A DNA stretch of 64,000 bases from Pseudomonas aeruginosa PAO1 (GCF_000006765.1 NC_002516.2); one strand, 5' to 3'; numbered from the stretch's first letter, positions 10,065 through 19,850 are shown. Program-made: numbers and translations. Notes: generated by a model from the sequence alone, not told the origin.

Positions 10065-11768
10065 TCAGGCCGACTGCGGCAGCGGTGCGTCGGCGCCGCG
10101 CTCGTCACGGTCGAGTCCCAGGCGATGGACCATGCCGCAGGCGATCTCGCGCTCGCCCATGATCACCAGGTTGGCGCCGTTCTGCTCCAGGTAGTCCACC
10201 TCGGCGTCGAAATGCGCCCGGGCGACGATGTCCAGCGGCGGGTTCACCGCGCGGGCGTGGCTGGCGATCTGCCCGGCCTCGAAGCCGTTGGGAATGGCGA
10301 TCAGCAACCAGCGCGCCTCGGCGATGTTGGCCAGTTCCAGCACGCCGGGACTGGCGGCATTGCCGAGGACCACGCTGTAGCCCTGTTCGCGCAGTTCGTC
10401 GGCCTTGTCGCGCTTGTCCACCACTACCACGAAGGGCGTCCCGGCGGTGCGCAGGCGAGCGCTGACCAACCCGCCAACCCGGCCATGACCGATCAGCACC
10501 GCATGCTCGCGCTCCAGGATCGGCGGCGGCAGGTCCTGCGCCGGCATCTCGCGGACCCCGCCAGCGGCCTCCGCCAGGCGCTGCTCCTTGCGTTGCTGCA
10601 GGCGATCGATGGCGATGAACAGCAGCGGATTGACCAGGATCGACAGGATCGCCCCGGCCAGCACCAGGTCGCGGCTCTGCTCCGGCACCAGTTCGAGGCC
10701 AATGCCCAGGCCGATGAGAATGAAGGAAAACTCGCCGATCTGCGCCAGGCTGGCGGCGATCACCAGTGCGGTGCTGTTCGGATGGCCGAAAGCACGGACG
10801 ATCAGGTAGGCGGCCACCGACTTGCCGAAGACGATGACCAGGAAGGTGGCCAGGACCGTCAGCGGCTCCTGCAACAGGATCATCGGATTGAACAGCATCC
10901 CCACCGAGACGAAGAACAGCACCGCGAAAGCGTCGCGCAGCGGCAACGAGTTCTCCGCCGCCTCGTGGCTGAGTTCGGACTCGTTGAGGATCATCCCGGC
11001 GAAGAAGGCGCCTAGCGCGAAGGACACCCCGAACAGCACCGCCGAGCCATAGGCGATGCCCAGGGCAATGGCCAGCACGGCCAGGGTGAAGAGCTCCCGC
11101 GAACCGCTGGCGGCGATCCTCTCCAGCACCCAGGGCACCACCCGGCGACCGCCGAAGATCATCAGGGCGACGAAGGCGGCGACCTTGCCCAGGGTAATCA
11201 GCAGCGGCCAGAGCAGACCGGCGTCGCCGCCGTCGGTCTTGCCGCCGAGGGTGCCGGCGAGCGCCGGCAGGAGCACCAGGGTCAGGACCATCGCCAGGTC
11301 CTCGACGATCAGCCAGCCGATGGCGATCCTGCCACGCTTGGTGTCCAGCAACTGGCGCTGCTCCAGGGCGCGCAACAGCACCACGGTACTGGCCACCGAC
11401 AGGCTCAGGCCGAATACCAGGCCGCCGCCGAAGCTCCAGCCGAGCAGCTTGGCCAGGCCGATGCCAAGCAGCGTGGCGACGCCGATCTGCACCAGCGCCC
11501 CGGGAATGGCAATAGCCTTCACCGAGAGCAGGTCCTTGAGCGAGAAGTGCAGGCCGACGCCGAACATCAGCAGGATCACGCCGAGTTCGGCGATTTCCTG
11601 CGACAGCGCCTGGTCGGCGACATAACCGGGAGTGAACGGCCCGGCCAGGACGCCCGCGAGCAAGTAGCCGACCAGCGGCGAAATGCGCAGGCGATTGGCC
11701 AGGGCCCCGAAGAGGAAGGCGAGGACGAACCCCGCGGCGAGTGTAGTGAGTAACGGCGTATGGTGCAT
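10065..11768 (-). CDS. ybaL: CPA2 cation:proton antiporter with KTN domain (YbaL/RosB type)
   Basis: ELGVILLMFGVGL, AQIGEFSF; C-terminal IGHGRVG nucleotide-binding motif. Confidence 0.88.
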   Translation of the reverse strand: MHHTPLLTTLAAGFVLAFLFGALANRLRISPLVGYLLAGVLAGPFTPGYVADQALSQEIAELGVILLMFGVGLHFSLKDLLSVKAIAIPGALVQIGVATLLGIGLAKLLGWSFGGGLVFGLSLSVASTVVLLRALEQRQLLDTKRGRIAIGWLIVEDLAMVLTLVLLPALAGTLGGKTDGGDAGLLWPLLITLGKVAAFVALMIFGGRRVVPWVLERIAASGSRELFTLAVLAIALGIAYGSAVLFGVSFALGAFFAGMILNESELSHEAAENSLPLRDAFAVLFFVSVGMLFNPMILLQEPLTVLATFLVIVFGKSVAAYLIVRAFGHPNSTALVIAASLAQIGEFSFILIGLGIGLELVPEQSRDLVLAGAILSILVNPLLFIAIDRLQQRKEQRLAEAAGGVREMPAQDLPPPILEREHAVLIGHGRVGGLVSARLRTAGTPFVVVVDKRDKADELREQGYSVVLGNAASPGVLELANIAEARWLLIAIPNGFEAGQIASHARAVNPPLDIVARAHFDAEVDYLEQNGANLVIMGEREIACGMVHRLGLDRDERGADAPLPQSA

Positions 11769-12146
11769 CAGGACTCCCGGCAACACGGGGAACGCGTCCT
11801 CCGCGGCCTGGCCGGCGGACGACGACGTTCGAAATGGATCACGGACCCGCGCCCGTGACGGCAAGGCGGAAAGGCTTTCCGCCAACGGAGCCGGGCAGAG
11901 CGACCGGCCCATGGCATTCGAGCGACCCGACGGCGGCTATGGTTCCTGGCGAAACCCGGCGCGATACCGACAGGTTAACCCGTTGACGTTGCTGGAGTTT
12001 TAACAGGCACGCCGGTTTCTTATCAAGAAATGTCAGGAATGGACGCCAGCAGAGGCAAACCTCTGCGTTTTCTTATGAAAAGCTGCGAAAATTCGCGAAA
12101 CGGCAGCAGGTCCGAAGCGGGCTCGACCGGACACCGGCAGCCTTCC

Positions 12147-12629
12147 TCATCCGTCTTCGCGAATCGCCTGGTAGCGGGCCTCCAGCTCCGCGCGCAGCTG
12201 GCGGCGTTGTTGGGCCTGGGCGAAGCGGCGCTTCTGCTCGGCGGTTTCCAGCTCCAGCGGGCGGACGGCCACCGGCTTGCGCTCGTCATCCAGGGCCACC
12301 ATGGTGAAGAAACAGCTGTTGGTATGACGCACGGACTGCTCGCGGATGTTCTCGGTGATGACCTTGACGCCGATTTCCATGGAAGTCCGCCCGGTGTAGT
12401 TGACCGAAGCGAGGAAGGTCACCAGTTCGCCGACATGCACCGGCTCGCGGAAGATCACCTGATCCACCGACAGGGTCACCACGTAGCGACCGGCATAGCG
12501 ACTGGCGCATGCATAGGCGACTTCGTCCAGATACTTCAGGAGGGTGCCGCCATGGACATTGCCGGAGAAATTGGCCATGTCCGGAGTCATCAGCACGGTC
12601 ATCGACAGTTGGTTGTTTCCGGGTTGCAT
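12147..12629 (-). CDS. Acyl-CoA thioesterase (hotdog fold); alternative start at 12713
   Basis: ANFSGNVHGGTLLKYLDEVA, GRTSMEIGV. Confidence 0.85.
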   Translation of the reverse strand: MQPGNNQLSMTVLMTPDMANFSGNVHGGTLLKYLDEVAYACASRYAGRYVVTLSVDQVIFREPVHVGELVTFLASVNYTGRTSMEIGVKVITENIREQSVRHTNSCFFTMVALDDERKPVAVRPLELETAEQKRRFAQAQQRRQLRAELEARYQAIREDG

Positions 12630-12789
12630 AGCGCTTTTTCTCTCATCAGGACGGGCGGGGGACACCATAGACGCAAACGAAGACGGCAGCGGCCACAAAT
12701 TTTCAATCGTCATGATCGAAATCGCGCCGGGTCGTGCAGACATCCGCGGGCTTTTCTAGACTGGCCCTTTTCCACCGGGAATCGCTCCA

Positions 12790-13533
12790 ATGCCTGCCGC
12801 CATACGCATCCTTCTCCTGGCCCTGGCCGTGCTTGCCGGCATCGGTGCCGCTGCCATCCAGGCCGAGGATACGCCCTGCGCCACCGCCGCGGAATGCAAC
12901 ACGCGCGGCACCCAGGCTTATCGACAGGGGAGTTATCCACAGGCGCTGGACGCCTTCGCCTGGCAATTGCGCCTGGCCGAGCGCCAGGAACAGGGCGGAG
13001 CCGACTCGGAACAGGCGCTGAACAATCTCGCGCTGACCAGCCTCAAGGCCGGGCAACCGGGACGCGCCCGCGCCTGGATGAACCTGGCGCTGGATCGCGG
13101 CTACAGCGGCAAGGCCACGCGCTACAACCTGGAACAGGTTGCCCTGAAAGTCGACTATCCGTCCCTCCAGGGCCTCGCCGGGCACTACCTGCGCTACGCC
13201 GGGCAGGCCGAATGGGAAAGCCTGCAGATCGAACCGGTGAAGGGCGGCTACCAGGCGAGCTTCGCCCTGATGCGCATCGGCAATCCGGAGAAACTGATGG
13301 AATATGGGCCCGCGGCGGTCGGCGAGTTGTCCGGTCGGCTGGAGGGGCAAGGCGCGCTCTACCGGCTGCGCAGCGAAGGCCTGGGCGCCGGCTGCAGCCT
13401 GCTGGTATGGCAGGAAGGCATCGACCTGCGAGTGGTGGAGAGCCTTGGCGGGGACTGCCAGGGTTACGGCGGCATGGGCATCGCCGCCGCCGGTAACTGG
13501 GTGAAGATATCCAGTCAGGCCAGGGACGACTGA
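12790..13533 (+). CDS. Secreted TPR-like hypothetical protein
   Basis: Signal peptide; helical repeats GTQAYRQGSYPQA and ALNNLALTSLKAG. Confidence 0.7.
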   Translation: MPAAIRILLLALAVLAGIGAAAIQAEDTPCATAAECNTRGTQAYRQGSYPQALDAFAWQLRLAERQEQGGADSEQALNNLALTSLKAGQPGRARAWMNLALDRGYSGKATRYNLEQVALKVDYPSLQGLAGHYLRYAGQAEWESLQIEPVKGGYQASFALMRIGNPEKLMEYGPAAVGELSGRLEGQGALYRLRSEGLGAGCSLLVWQEGIDLRVVESLGGDCQGYGGMGIAAAGNWVKISSQARDD

Positions 13534-13580
13534 AACTTTTCCACAGGCCGCTCCAGCGGAGCGACCCGTGGAAAATCCAC

Positions 13581-14339
13581 TCAGCGGCCAGCGGACAGGC
13601 CGAAGTCCACCGCCAGGTCGGCGCCCGTGATCGCTTCGGCCTGAGGGCCGCAGAGATACCAGACCAGCTCGGCGACTTCTTCCGGGCGGATGAAGCGTGC
13701 CGCCTTGCCCTGTGGATAATCCTTCAGCAGCGCGCGCTTGTAGCCATCCGGATTGCCCATCCCATAGCGTTCGGCCTGGTAGTCGAGCATCGGCGTGGCG
13801 ATATCCGCCGGCGACACGGCGTTGACCCGCACGCCCTGCTCGGCCAGTTCCAGCGCCAGGGTCTTGCTCAGCATGGTAAGCGCCGCCTTGCTCGCGCAAT
13901 ACGCCGCCGAACCCCGGTAGGCCTGGCGTCCGGAGTCGCTGGAGATGTTGACGATGCTGCCCTGGTTTTCCTTCAGGTAGGGAATCGCGGCCTGGCACAT
14001 GTAGAAGGAGGCCTTGAGGTTGACTCCCAGGACCAGGTCGAAATCCTCCTCGGTGAAGTTTTCCACAGGCCCCTCGCGCCAGACGCCCGCGGCATTCACC
14101 AGGGCGTCGAGACGTCCGGTACGGGCGAGAATCTTCGACATCAGGGTATGGCAGTTATCCGCGCTGCGCAGGTCGGCGACCCCGCTGGCGTCCAACGGCA
14201 CCTGCGCGTTCAGCGCGTGCAGGCCCTCCTTATCCACATCCGTGGCGGCGATGCGCCAATGACTCTGGGCGAAACGCTTGGCGATTGCCCGGCCCAAGCC
14301 GCCGGCTGCACCAGTGATAAGAACGACGGGCGTGCTCAT
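13581..14339 (-). CDS. Short-chain dehydrogenase/reductase
   Basis: TGAAGGLG, NAAG, YCASK. Confidence 0.92.
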   Translation of the reverse strand: MSTPVVLITGAAGGLGRAIAKRFAQSHWRIAATDVDKEGLHALNAQVPLDASGVADLRSADNCHTLMSKILARTGRLDALVNAAGVWREGPVENFTEEDFDLVLGVNLKASFYMCQAAIPYLKENQGSIVNISSDSGRQAYRGSAAYCASKAALTMLSKTLALELAEQGVRVNAVSPADIATPMLDYQAERYGMGNPDGYKRALLKDYPQGKAARFIRPEEVAELVWYLCGPQAEAITGADLAVDFGLSAGR

Positions 14340-14433
14340 CTGCTTTTCCTTACTCCTGTGCCGCGTGGAAAACACCGACGGCCAATCGGCCGCCCGCTTC
14401 AATGACTGACCGGCAACGCCGGCAGCCGTTCAT

Positions 14434-15801
14434 TCAGGCCTGGTTGAGATACCAGCGCCAGTCCTGCTCGCCGACCTCGCCCATGAAGGCACGGTATTCG
14501 GCCTGCTTGATCGCCAGGTAGATCTTCAGGAAATCCTCGCCGAGCGCCTCGCGCGCCCAGGCCGAGCCCTCCAGCGCGCGCAGCGCGGTCAGCCAGTCGC
14601 TCGGCAACGCCTGGGTGGCTTGAGCGTAGCCGTTGCCAGTGATCGGCGCACCGGGGTCGAGTCGCTCGCGAATACCCAGGCGCACCGCCGCGAGCAACGC
14701 CGCCGCCGCCAGGTAGGGATTGGCGTCGGCGCCGCAGATGCGGTGCTCGATGTGCCGGCTGGACGCCGGGCCGCCGGGAACCCGCAGCGACACGGTGCGG
14801 TTGTTGATTCCCCAGGTCGGCGCCAGCGGCGCGTAGCTGTTCGCCTGGAAGCGGCGGAACGAGTTGGCGTTCGGACAGAACAGCGCCAAAGACTCCAGCA
14901 GGCACGCCTTCATTCCACCGATGGCCTGGCGCAGCAGCGGGGTCCCGGCCGGGTCCTCGCTGGCGAACAGATTGTTGCCAGCGGCGTCGGCCAGGCTGAC
15001 GTGCAGGTGCAGGCCGCTGCCGGAAAGATCGGCGAACGGCTTGGCCATGAAGCAGGCCTGCAACCCATGGCGATTCGCCACGCCCTTGACCAGGCGCTTG
15101 TAGCGCACGCCTTCGTCGATCGCCTGGAGCGTGTCGAAGCGATGCTGCAGGGTAATTTCCACCTGCCCCGGCGCGTACTCCGAAATCGCCGTGCGCGCCG
15201 GCAGGCCCTGGGCCTCGCAGGCGGCATACAAGTCATCGAGGAATGGCTGCAACTGCTCCAGCTCGTAGACGCCATAGACCTGGGTCGCCCGCGGCCGCTG
15301 GCCATTCATCTGTAACGCCGGCAACGGCCGGCCGTCGCTGTCGCGTTCGCGGTCGAGCAGGTAGAACTCCAGCTCCACCGCCATCACCGGGTGGAAACCC
15401 TCCGCCTGCAGGCTGTGGATAACCCGCTGCAACACATGCCGGGGATCGCCCGCCGCGGCCGGTAGCCCGAGCTCGGGATGCATGCTTACCTGCACCTGGC
15501 CGGTCGGTGACTGCCGCCAGGGTTGCAGGGTCAGGCTGCCGGGCAGCGGGAAGGTCCAGCAATCGGCATCGCCGACGTCCCAGACCAGGCCGGTCTCCTC
15601 GACGTCATCGCCATTGATGGTCAGGCCGAGGATGGTGCTCGGCAGCGGCCGCCCGCTTTCGTAGACCGCCAGCAGCTCGTCGCGATGCAGCAGCTTGCCG
15701 CGCGGCACGCCGTTGGCGTCGATCAGGAACAGCTCGATGCTGCGCACCTCGGGGTGTGCGGCGAGGAACTCGCGGGCTTCCCGCGGATCGGCGAAATGCA
15801 T
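14434..15801 (-). CDS. pauA6: Gamma-glutamyl-amine ligase (GS family)
   Basis: DANGVPRGK, ELEFYL, EYAPGQVE, GSGLHLHVS, HIEHRICGADANPYL. Confidence 0.88.
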   Translation of the reverse strand: MHFADPREAREFLAAHPEVRSIELFLIDANGVPRGKLLHRDELLAVYESGRPLPSTILGLTINGDDVEETGLVWDVGDADCWTFPLPGSLTLQPWRQSPTGQVQVSMHPELGLPAAAGDPRHVLQRVIHSLQAEGFHPVMAVELEFYLLDRERDSDGRPLPALQMNGQRPRATQVYGVYELEQLQPFLDDLYAACEAQGLPARTAISEYAPGQVEITLQHRFDTLQAIDEGVRYKRLVKGVANRHGLQACFMAKPFADLSGSGLHLHVSLADAAGNNLFASEDPAGTPLLRQAIGGMKACLLESLALFCPNANSFRRFQANSYAPLAPTWGINNRTVSLRVPGGPASSRHIEHRICGADANPYLAAAALLAAVRLGIRERLDPGAPITGNGYAQATQALPSDWLTALRALEGSAWAREALGEDFLKIYLAIKQAEYRAFMGEVGEQDWRWYLNQA

Positions 15802-15802
15802 C

Positions 15803-17197
15803 TCAGGCCTCCCGCGCGCCGGGTATGGCGAGCAGCTCGCCGAGCGCCTCGTCGAGGCTGGAGAGCAGGCGGTCGACATCTTCTTCGCGAGTGTCCGGGC
15901 AACACAGGGTCATGTTGTGGAACGGCGTGATGAGGATGCCGCGGTTGATCAGATACAGGTGCAAGGCCATCTGCAGGCTGTCGTGGAACGCCGCCTCGGC
16001 GGCCGCGCCGTCGCGTGGGGGTTGCGGGCAGAACTGGAACTCGCTGCGCGCGCCGAGCTCGGTCACCGACCAGGCCAGGCCGTGCTTGTGGATAATCCTG
16101 CGGAAGCCCTCGGCCAGACGCGCCGCCAGGGGCAGCATGTGGGCGTAGGCGGTATCGGTCATCACCTCTTCCAGGTTGGCGCGCATACAGCGCATCGCCA
16201 GGGCGTTGGCCGACAGCGTGGTACCCATGCCGCTGTGGCCGTGGCCTTCGCTCTGCTCGCTGGCACGTGCCCTGGCCAGTTGCATGGCGCTGGCCATCGC
16301 CGCGCTGCAACCATACACCGAGCACGGTACGCCGCCGGCGATCGGCTTGCCGAGGGTGATGAAGTCCGGCTCGAGCTTCCAGGCGCGGGTACAGCCGCCA
16401 GGACCTGTGGAGATGGTGTGGGTCTCGTCGATGATCAGCAGCGTGCCGTGACGACGGGTCAGCTCGCGTAGCTTCTGGTGGAAGCCGGGTTGCGGCAGGA
16501 CCATGCCGATGTTGGTCATCGCCGGCTCGCAGAGCACGGCGGCCACGTCTTCGCCGGCCAGCGCCCGCTCCAGGGCCTGGAGGTCGTTGAACGGCACCGC
16601 GCGGCTGAACTGGGTGAGGTCGTGGGCCTGGCCGAGCAGGCCGGAGCGATGCACGGTGCGGCCGTCGCGGCAGCGAACCAGGGTGTCGTCGACCGTGCCG
16701 TGGTAGCAACCGTCGAATACCAGCACCACCTTGCGACCGGTGATCGCACGCGCCCAGCGCAGGACGAAGCGGTTGGCGTCGGTAGCGGTGGTCGCTACCT
16801 GCCAGAACGGCAGGCCGAAGCGCTGCGCCAGCAACTCGCCTGCGACGATGGCATCCTCCCCCGGAAGCATGGTGGTCAGGCCGTTCGCGCCCTGCTCGGC
16901 GAGCGCCCGGGCGATCGGCGCCGGAGAATGGCCGAACATGCTGCCGGTATCGCCCAGGCAGAAGTCCACGTAGGCGTGGCCGTCCACATCATGGAAACGC
17001 GCGCCGTGGGCACGCGCCACGAACAGCGGACAGGGTGTTGACCAATCGCTCATCCAGTGCATCGGTACGCCGTCGAACAAGGCGCGCCGGGCTCGCTCGG
17101 CGAGCGCGACGGACTGTGGATTCTGCGCAAGGAAACGTTGCTGCTCGCGGGCCATGAAGGTTTCCACGGCGGCTTCGGCGATGCCACTGGCGGTCAT
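15803..17197 (-). CDS. Class III PLP aminotransferase
   Basis: DFCLGDTG, IIDETHT, TLGKPIAGG (PLP lysine); GAGGTG RBS before ATG 17197. Confidence 0.9.
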   Translation of the reverse strand: MTASGIAEAAVETFMAREQQRFLAQNPQSVALAERARRALFDGVPMHWMSDWSTPCPLFVARAHGARFHDVDGHAYVDFCLGDTGSMFGHSPAPIARALAEQGANGLTTMLPGEDAIVAGELLAQRFGLPFWQVATTATDANRFVLRWARAITGRKVVLVFDGCYHGTVDDTLVRCRDGRTVHRSGLLGQAHDLTQFSRAVPFNDLQALERALAGEDVAAVLCEPAMTNIGMVLPQPGFHQKLRELTRRHGTLLIIDETHTISTGPGGCTRAWKLEPDFITLGKPIAGGVPCSVYGCSAAMASAMQLARARASEQSEGHGHSGMGTTLSANALAMRCMRANLEEVMTDTAYAHMLPLAARLAEGFRRIIHKHGLAWSVTELGARSEFQFCPQPPRDGAAAEAAFHDSLQMALHLYLINRGILITPFHNMTLCCPDTREEDVDRLLSSLDEALGELLAIPGAREA

Positions 17198-17233
17198 TTC
17201 GAACACCTCGTTTTTTATTTCGCACAACTTTCA

Positions 17234-17247
17234 TTTGTGATCACAAA
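17234..17247. promoter_or_regulatory. Palindromic operator copy 1, TTTGTGATCACAAA
   Basis: Perfect 14-bp palindrome in a divergent intergenic region; repeated 64 bp downstream. Confidence 0.7.
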
Positions 17248-17296
17248 AAAGTCAATACAGTATTTGAAAGCACTGATAATCTGTTTTCCATGTCAA

Positions 17297-17312
17297 TTTT
17301 GTGATCACAAAA
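17297..17312. promoter_or_regulatory. Palindromic operator copy 2, TTTTGTGATCACAAAA
   Basis: Perfect 16-bp palindrome abutting ATG 17313. Confidence 0.7.
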
Positions 17313-18095
17313 ATGAATGACTTTTCGAAGTGGACAGGTCAGGTCGCGCTCATCAGCGGCGCCGGCAGCGAACTCGGCATCGGTTTCGCCATTGCCCGGC
17401 GGCTGGCCCGCGAAGGCGTGCGCCTGCTGATCACCGCCAGCAGCGAGCGGATTAGGCAACGAGCGGAGGAACTGAGCGCATGTGGTCACGACGTGCGCGC
17501 CGCGAGCGCCGACCTGACCGACGAAGCCCAGGTGCAGGGCCTGCTGGACTGGGCCGAAGCCCAGTGGGGACGGGTCGACATCCTGGTGAACAATGCCGGC
17601 ATGGCCCAGTTGGACAGCGCGGAGCCCTTCAGCGCAGTGGAAGCGACCTCGCTGCGGGATTGGCAACTGTCCCTGTCGCGCAACCTGACCAGCGCTTTCC
17701 TGCTCACCCGCGGCCTGCTGCCGGGCATGCGCGAGCGCGGCTACGGGCGGATCGTCAACGTCGCCTCCACCACCGGAACCCGCGGCAGCAACCCGGGCGA
17801 AGCCGCGTATAGCGCGGCCAAGGCCGGTCTGGTCGGCTGGAGCATGGGCCTCGCGCTGGAGGTGGCGAAGAGCGGCATCACGGTGAACAGCGTCGCGCCG
17901 GGCTGGATCGCCACCGCCTCGAGCACCGCCGAAGAACGCCAGGCCGCCCTGGCCAGCCCCAGCGGACGTGCCGGCCGGCCCGAAGAGGTGGCCGCCGCGG
18001 TGGCCTTCCTCGCCTCGCCCGAAGCCAGCTTCGTCAACGGCGAACTGCTGGTGGTGGATGGCGGCAACTGCCTGATCGAAAACAAACGGAGCTGA
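17313..18095 (+). CDS. Short-chain dehydrogenase/reductase (FabG-like)
   Basis: SGAGSELGIG, NNAG, YSAAK, NSVAPG. Confidence 0.92.
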   Translation: MNDFSKWTGQVALISGAGSELGIGFAIARRLAREGVRLLITASSERIRQRAEELSACGHDVRAASADLTDEAQVQGLLDWAEAQWGRVDILVNNAGMAQLDSAEPFSAVEATSLRDWQLSLSRNLTSAFLLTRGLLPGMRERGYGRIVNVASTTGTRGSNPGEAAYSAAKAGLVGWSMGLALEVAKSGITVNSVAPGWIATASSTAEERQAALASPSGRAGRPEEVAAAVAFLASPEASFVNGELLVVDGGNCLIENKRS

Positions 18096-18099
18096 ACAT

Positions 18100-18840
18100 G
18101 TGCAACTGCAGCCTGACGCTTTCCCAGCTTCCGGCGCCACCGGCGACCCGGAGCTGACCATGGCCGAGAATCTCCAGGAACGACTCTACCAACGACTGCG
18201 GGAAGACTTGCTGGCCGGACGTTTCCAGCCCGGCGAGCGACTGAAGATCCGCGACCTGGCGAACCAGTGGGACACCAGCCCGATGCCGGTTCGCGCCGCC
18301 CTGCAACGGCTGGTGGCGGAAGGGGCGCTGGAGGGCGAGGCACAACGCTCGCTCAGGGTGCCGCTGATGACCCGCGAGCGTTTCCTGCAGATCCTCCAGG
18401 TGCGCCTGTCCCTCGAAGGGCTGGCGGCCGAAAGCGCCAGCGGCCGGCTGGACGAGCAGGCACTGGAAGGACTCGAAGGTTGTCTGCGGCGAATGGAGGA
18501 CGCCTTGCGCCGACGCGAGGTACAGGCCTACCTGGACGCCAATAGCGAATTCCACCTGACGCTCTACCGCGCCTGCGGCAACCCGGTGCTGCTGCGTCTC
18601 ATCGAGACGCTCTGGCTACAGGTCGGGCCGTTCTTCAACCGGCTGTTCACCGAGGCCGACCTCTCCCTACGTCTGAACGATTTCCACGAGGACGCCCTGG
18701 ACGCGCTACGCCGCGGCGACGGCCCGGCCGCGCGCGCGGCGATCGAACAGGACCTGGCCTACTTCGGTCAGTACCTGCTGAACCTCCTGGAGCTGGAGGC
18801 CCGGCCACGAAAGCGACACCGTTCCGGCGAGCACGCCTGA
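18100..18840 (+). CDS. GntR (FCD) family regulator; alternative start 18160
   Basis: wHTH FQPGERL...SPMPVRAALQRL and FCD domain with NSEFH. Confidence 0.9.
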   Translation: MQLQPDAFPASGATGDPELTMAENLQERLYQRLREDLLAGRFQPGERLKIRDLANQWDTSPMPVRAALQRLVAEGALEGEAQRSLRVPLMTRERFLQILQVRLSLEGLAAESASGRLDEQALEGLEGCLRRMEDALRRREVQAYLDANSEFHLTLYRACGNPVLLRLIETLWLQVGPFFNRLFTEADLSLRLNDFHEDALDALRRGDGPAARAAIEQDLAYFGQYLLNLLELEARPRKRHRSGEHA

Positions 18841-18856
18841 CGGGAGATAAGCGCCG

Positions 18857-19069
18857 CTACTGCGGGCGAATGGTGCGCACATTGTCCTTCTTGATCAGGA
18901 TGGTGTCGCCATTCAGCTGTTCGAACTCGTAGTAGTCATTGTATTTGTCGTAATCCGACTGATCCTTGACCAGGACCTCGCTGCCATCTTGCAAAGTGAC
19001 CACCGCCTGGTTGGCGCAACCCGCCAGGCTGGTCAGCAGCAATGCAGCGAACAGAGCTTTGAACTTCAT
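18857..19069 (-). CDS. YgdI/YgdR-family small lipoprotein
   Basis: Lipobox LAGC, then VVTLQDG...YYEFEQ. Confidence 0.8.
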   Translation of the reverse strand: MKFKALFAALLLTSLAGCANQAVVTLQDGSEVLVKDQSDYDKYNDYYEFEQLNGDTILIKKDNVRTIRPQ

Positions 19070-19286
19070 AGAATCTCCACACGGGGCAGCGCACTTGCCT
19101 ACATCCGGAGCGACAAGTGCGGAATTGCCCTTGTGACCGTCGCAATCGAGGGAAATTCCTTAGCGCAGCGGCGCTTTGTCGGAGACGAAGCGCCGACGGC
19201 GACGCGCAGGGCCTCCAGGCAGCCTCGCGCGACGTCGGGAAGTCAGCGGCAAAGGCGCGTTGCAGAGCCTTTGCGGCGGTTCAGGC

Positions 19287-19688
19287 TCAGCTCTCCAGCC
19301 AGACGTCGCGAGCCCAGACCCACACCGAATCCCAGCTTTCATCGGTGAGGTCGCCATCGGCCCAGAGCACCACCTCGCCGTCCTCCGCCACGCAGTAGTA
19401 GCTGCCGTCGTCCTCGCAAAGCGGGATCAGCTCGCGCGGAACGCCCAGGTCCCAGGCAGTGGCCGCCACTTCGGGCAGGTAGGTGTGCGAGTGCGGATCG
19501 GTCACGGTCACCGGCTCCAGGCGGCCGTAGACCACATCGCTGACCAGCAGGAGGAATTCGCGGAACTCGGCGGGAATGCCGATCAGCAGCTCTTCCTCGA
19601 TTTCCACCAGCAGTTCTTCTTCCGGCAGTTCCAGGGGCACCGGAACCGGTTCGTTGAGTTCACGCAGTTTTTCGATGACGTCTTCCAC
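19287..19688 (-). CDS. SMI1/KNR4 (SUKH) family protein
   Basis: IEEELLIGIPAEFREFL and LIPLCEDDGSYYC pattern; GTG start inferred. Confidence 0.8.
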   Translation of the reverse strand: MEDVIEKLRELNEPVPVPLELPEEELLVEIEEELLIGIPAEFREFLLLVSDVVYGRLEPVTVTDPHSHTYLPEVAATAWDLGVPRELIPLCEDDGSYYCVAEDGEVVLWADGDLTDESWDSVWVWARDVWLES

Positions 19689-19815
19689 GACAGGCTCTCT
19701 CGCAACGGGTGGCGCGCTTTTTATACAGTAGCCGCACCGAGCGCAAGACAAGTGTCGCGGCTGGCCTTCGGCCATGGCGCCGGACGAATGGTCGGTCAAC
19801 CCGCCAACGGAGATG

Positions 19816-19850
19816 AAAAAACCCCCGTTCCCTGGCGGAAGCGGGGGGTT
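19816..19850 (-). terminator. Rho-independent terminator of the Tim44-domain gene
   Basis: GC stem flanked by AAAAAA on + strand (U-tract on - strand). Confidence 0.6.
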
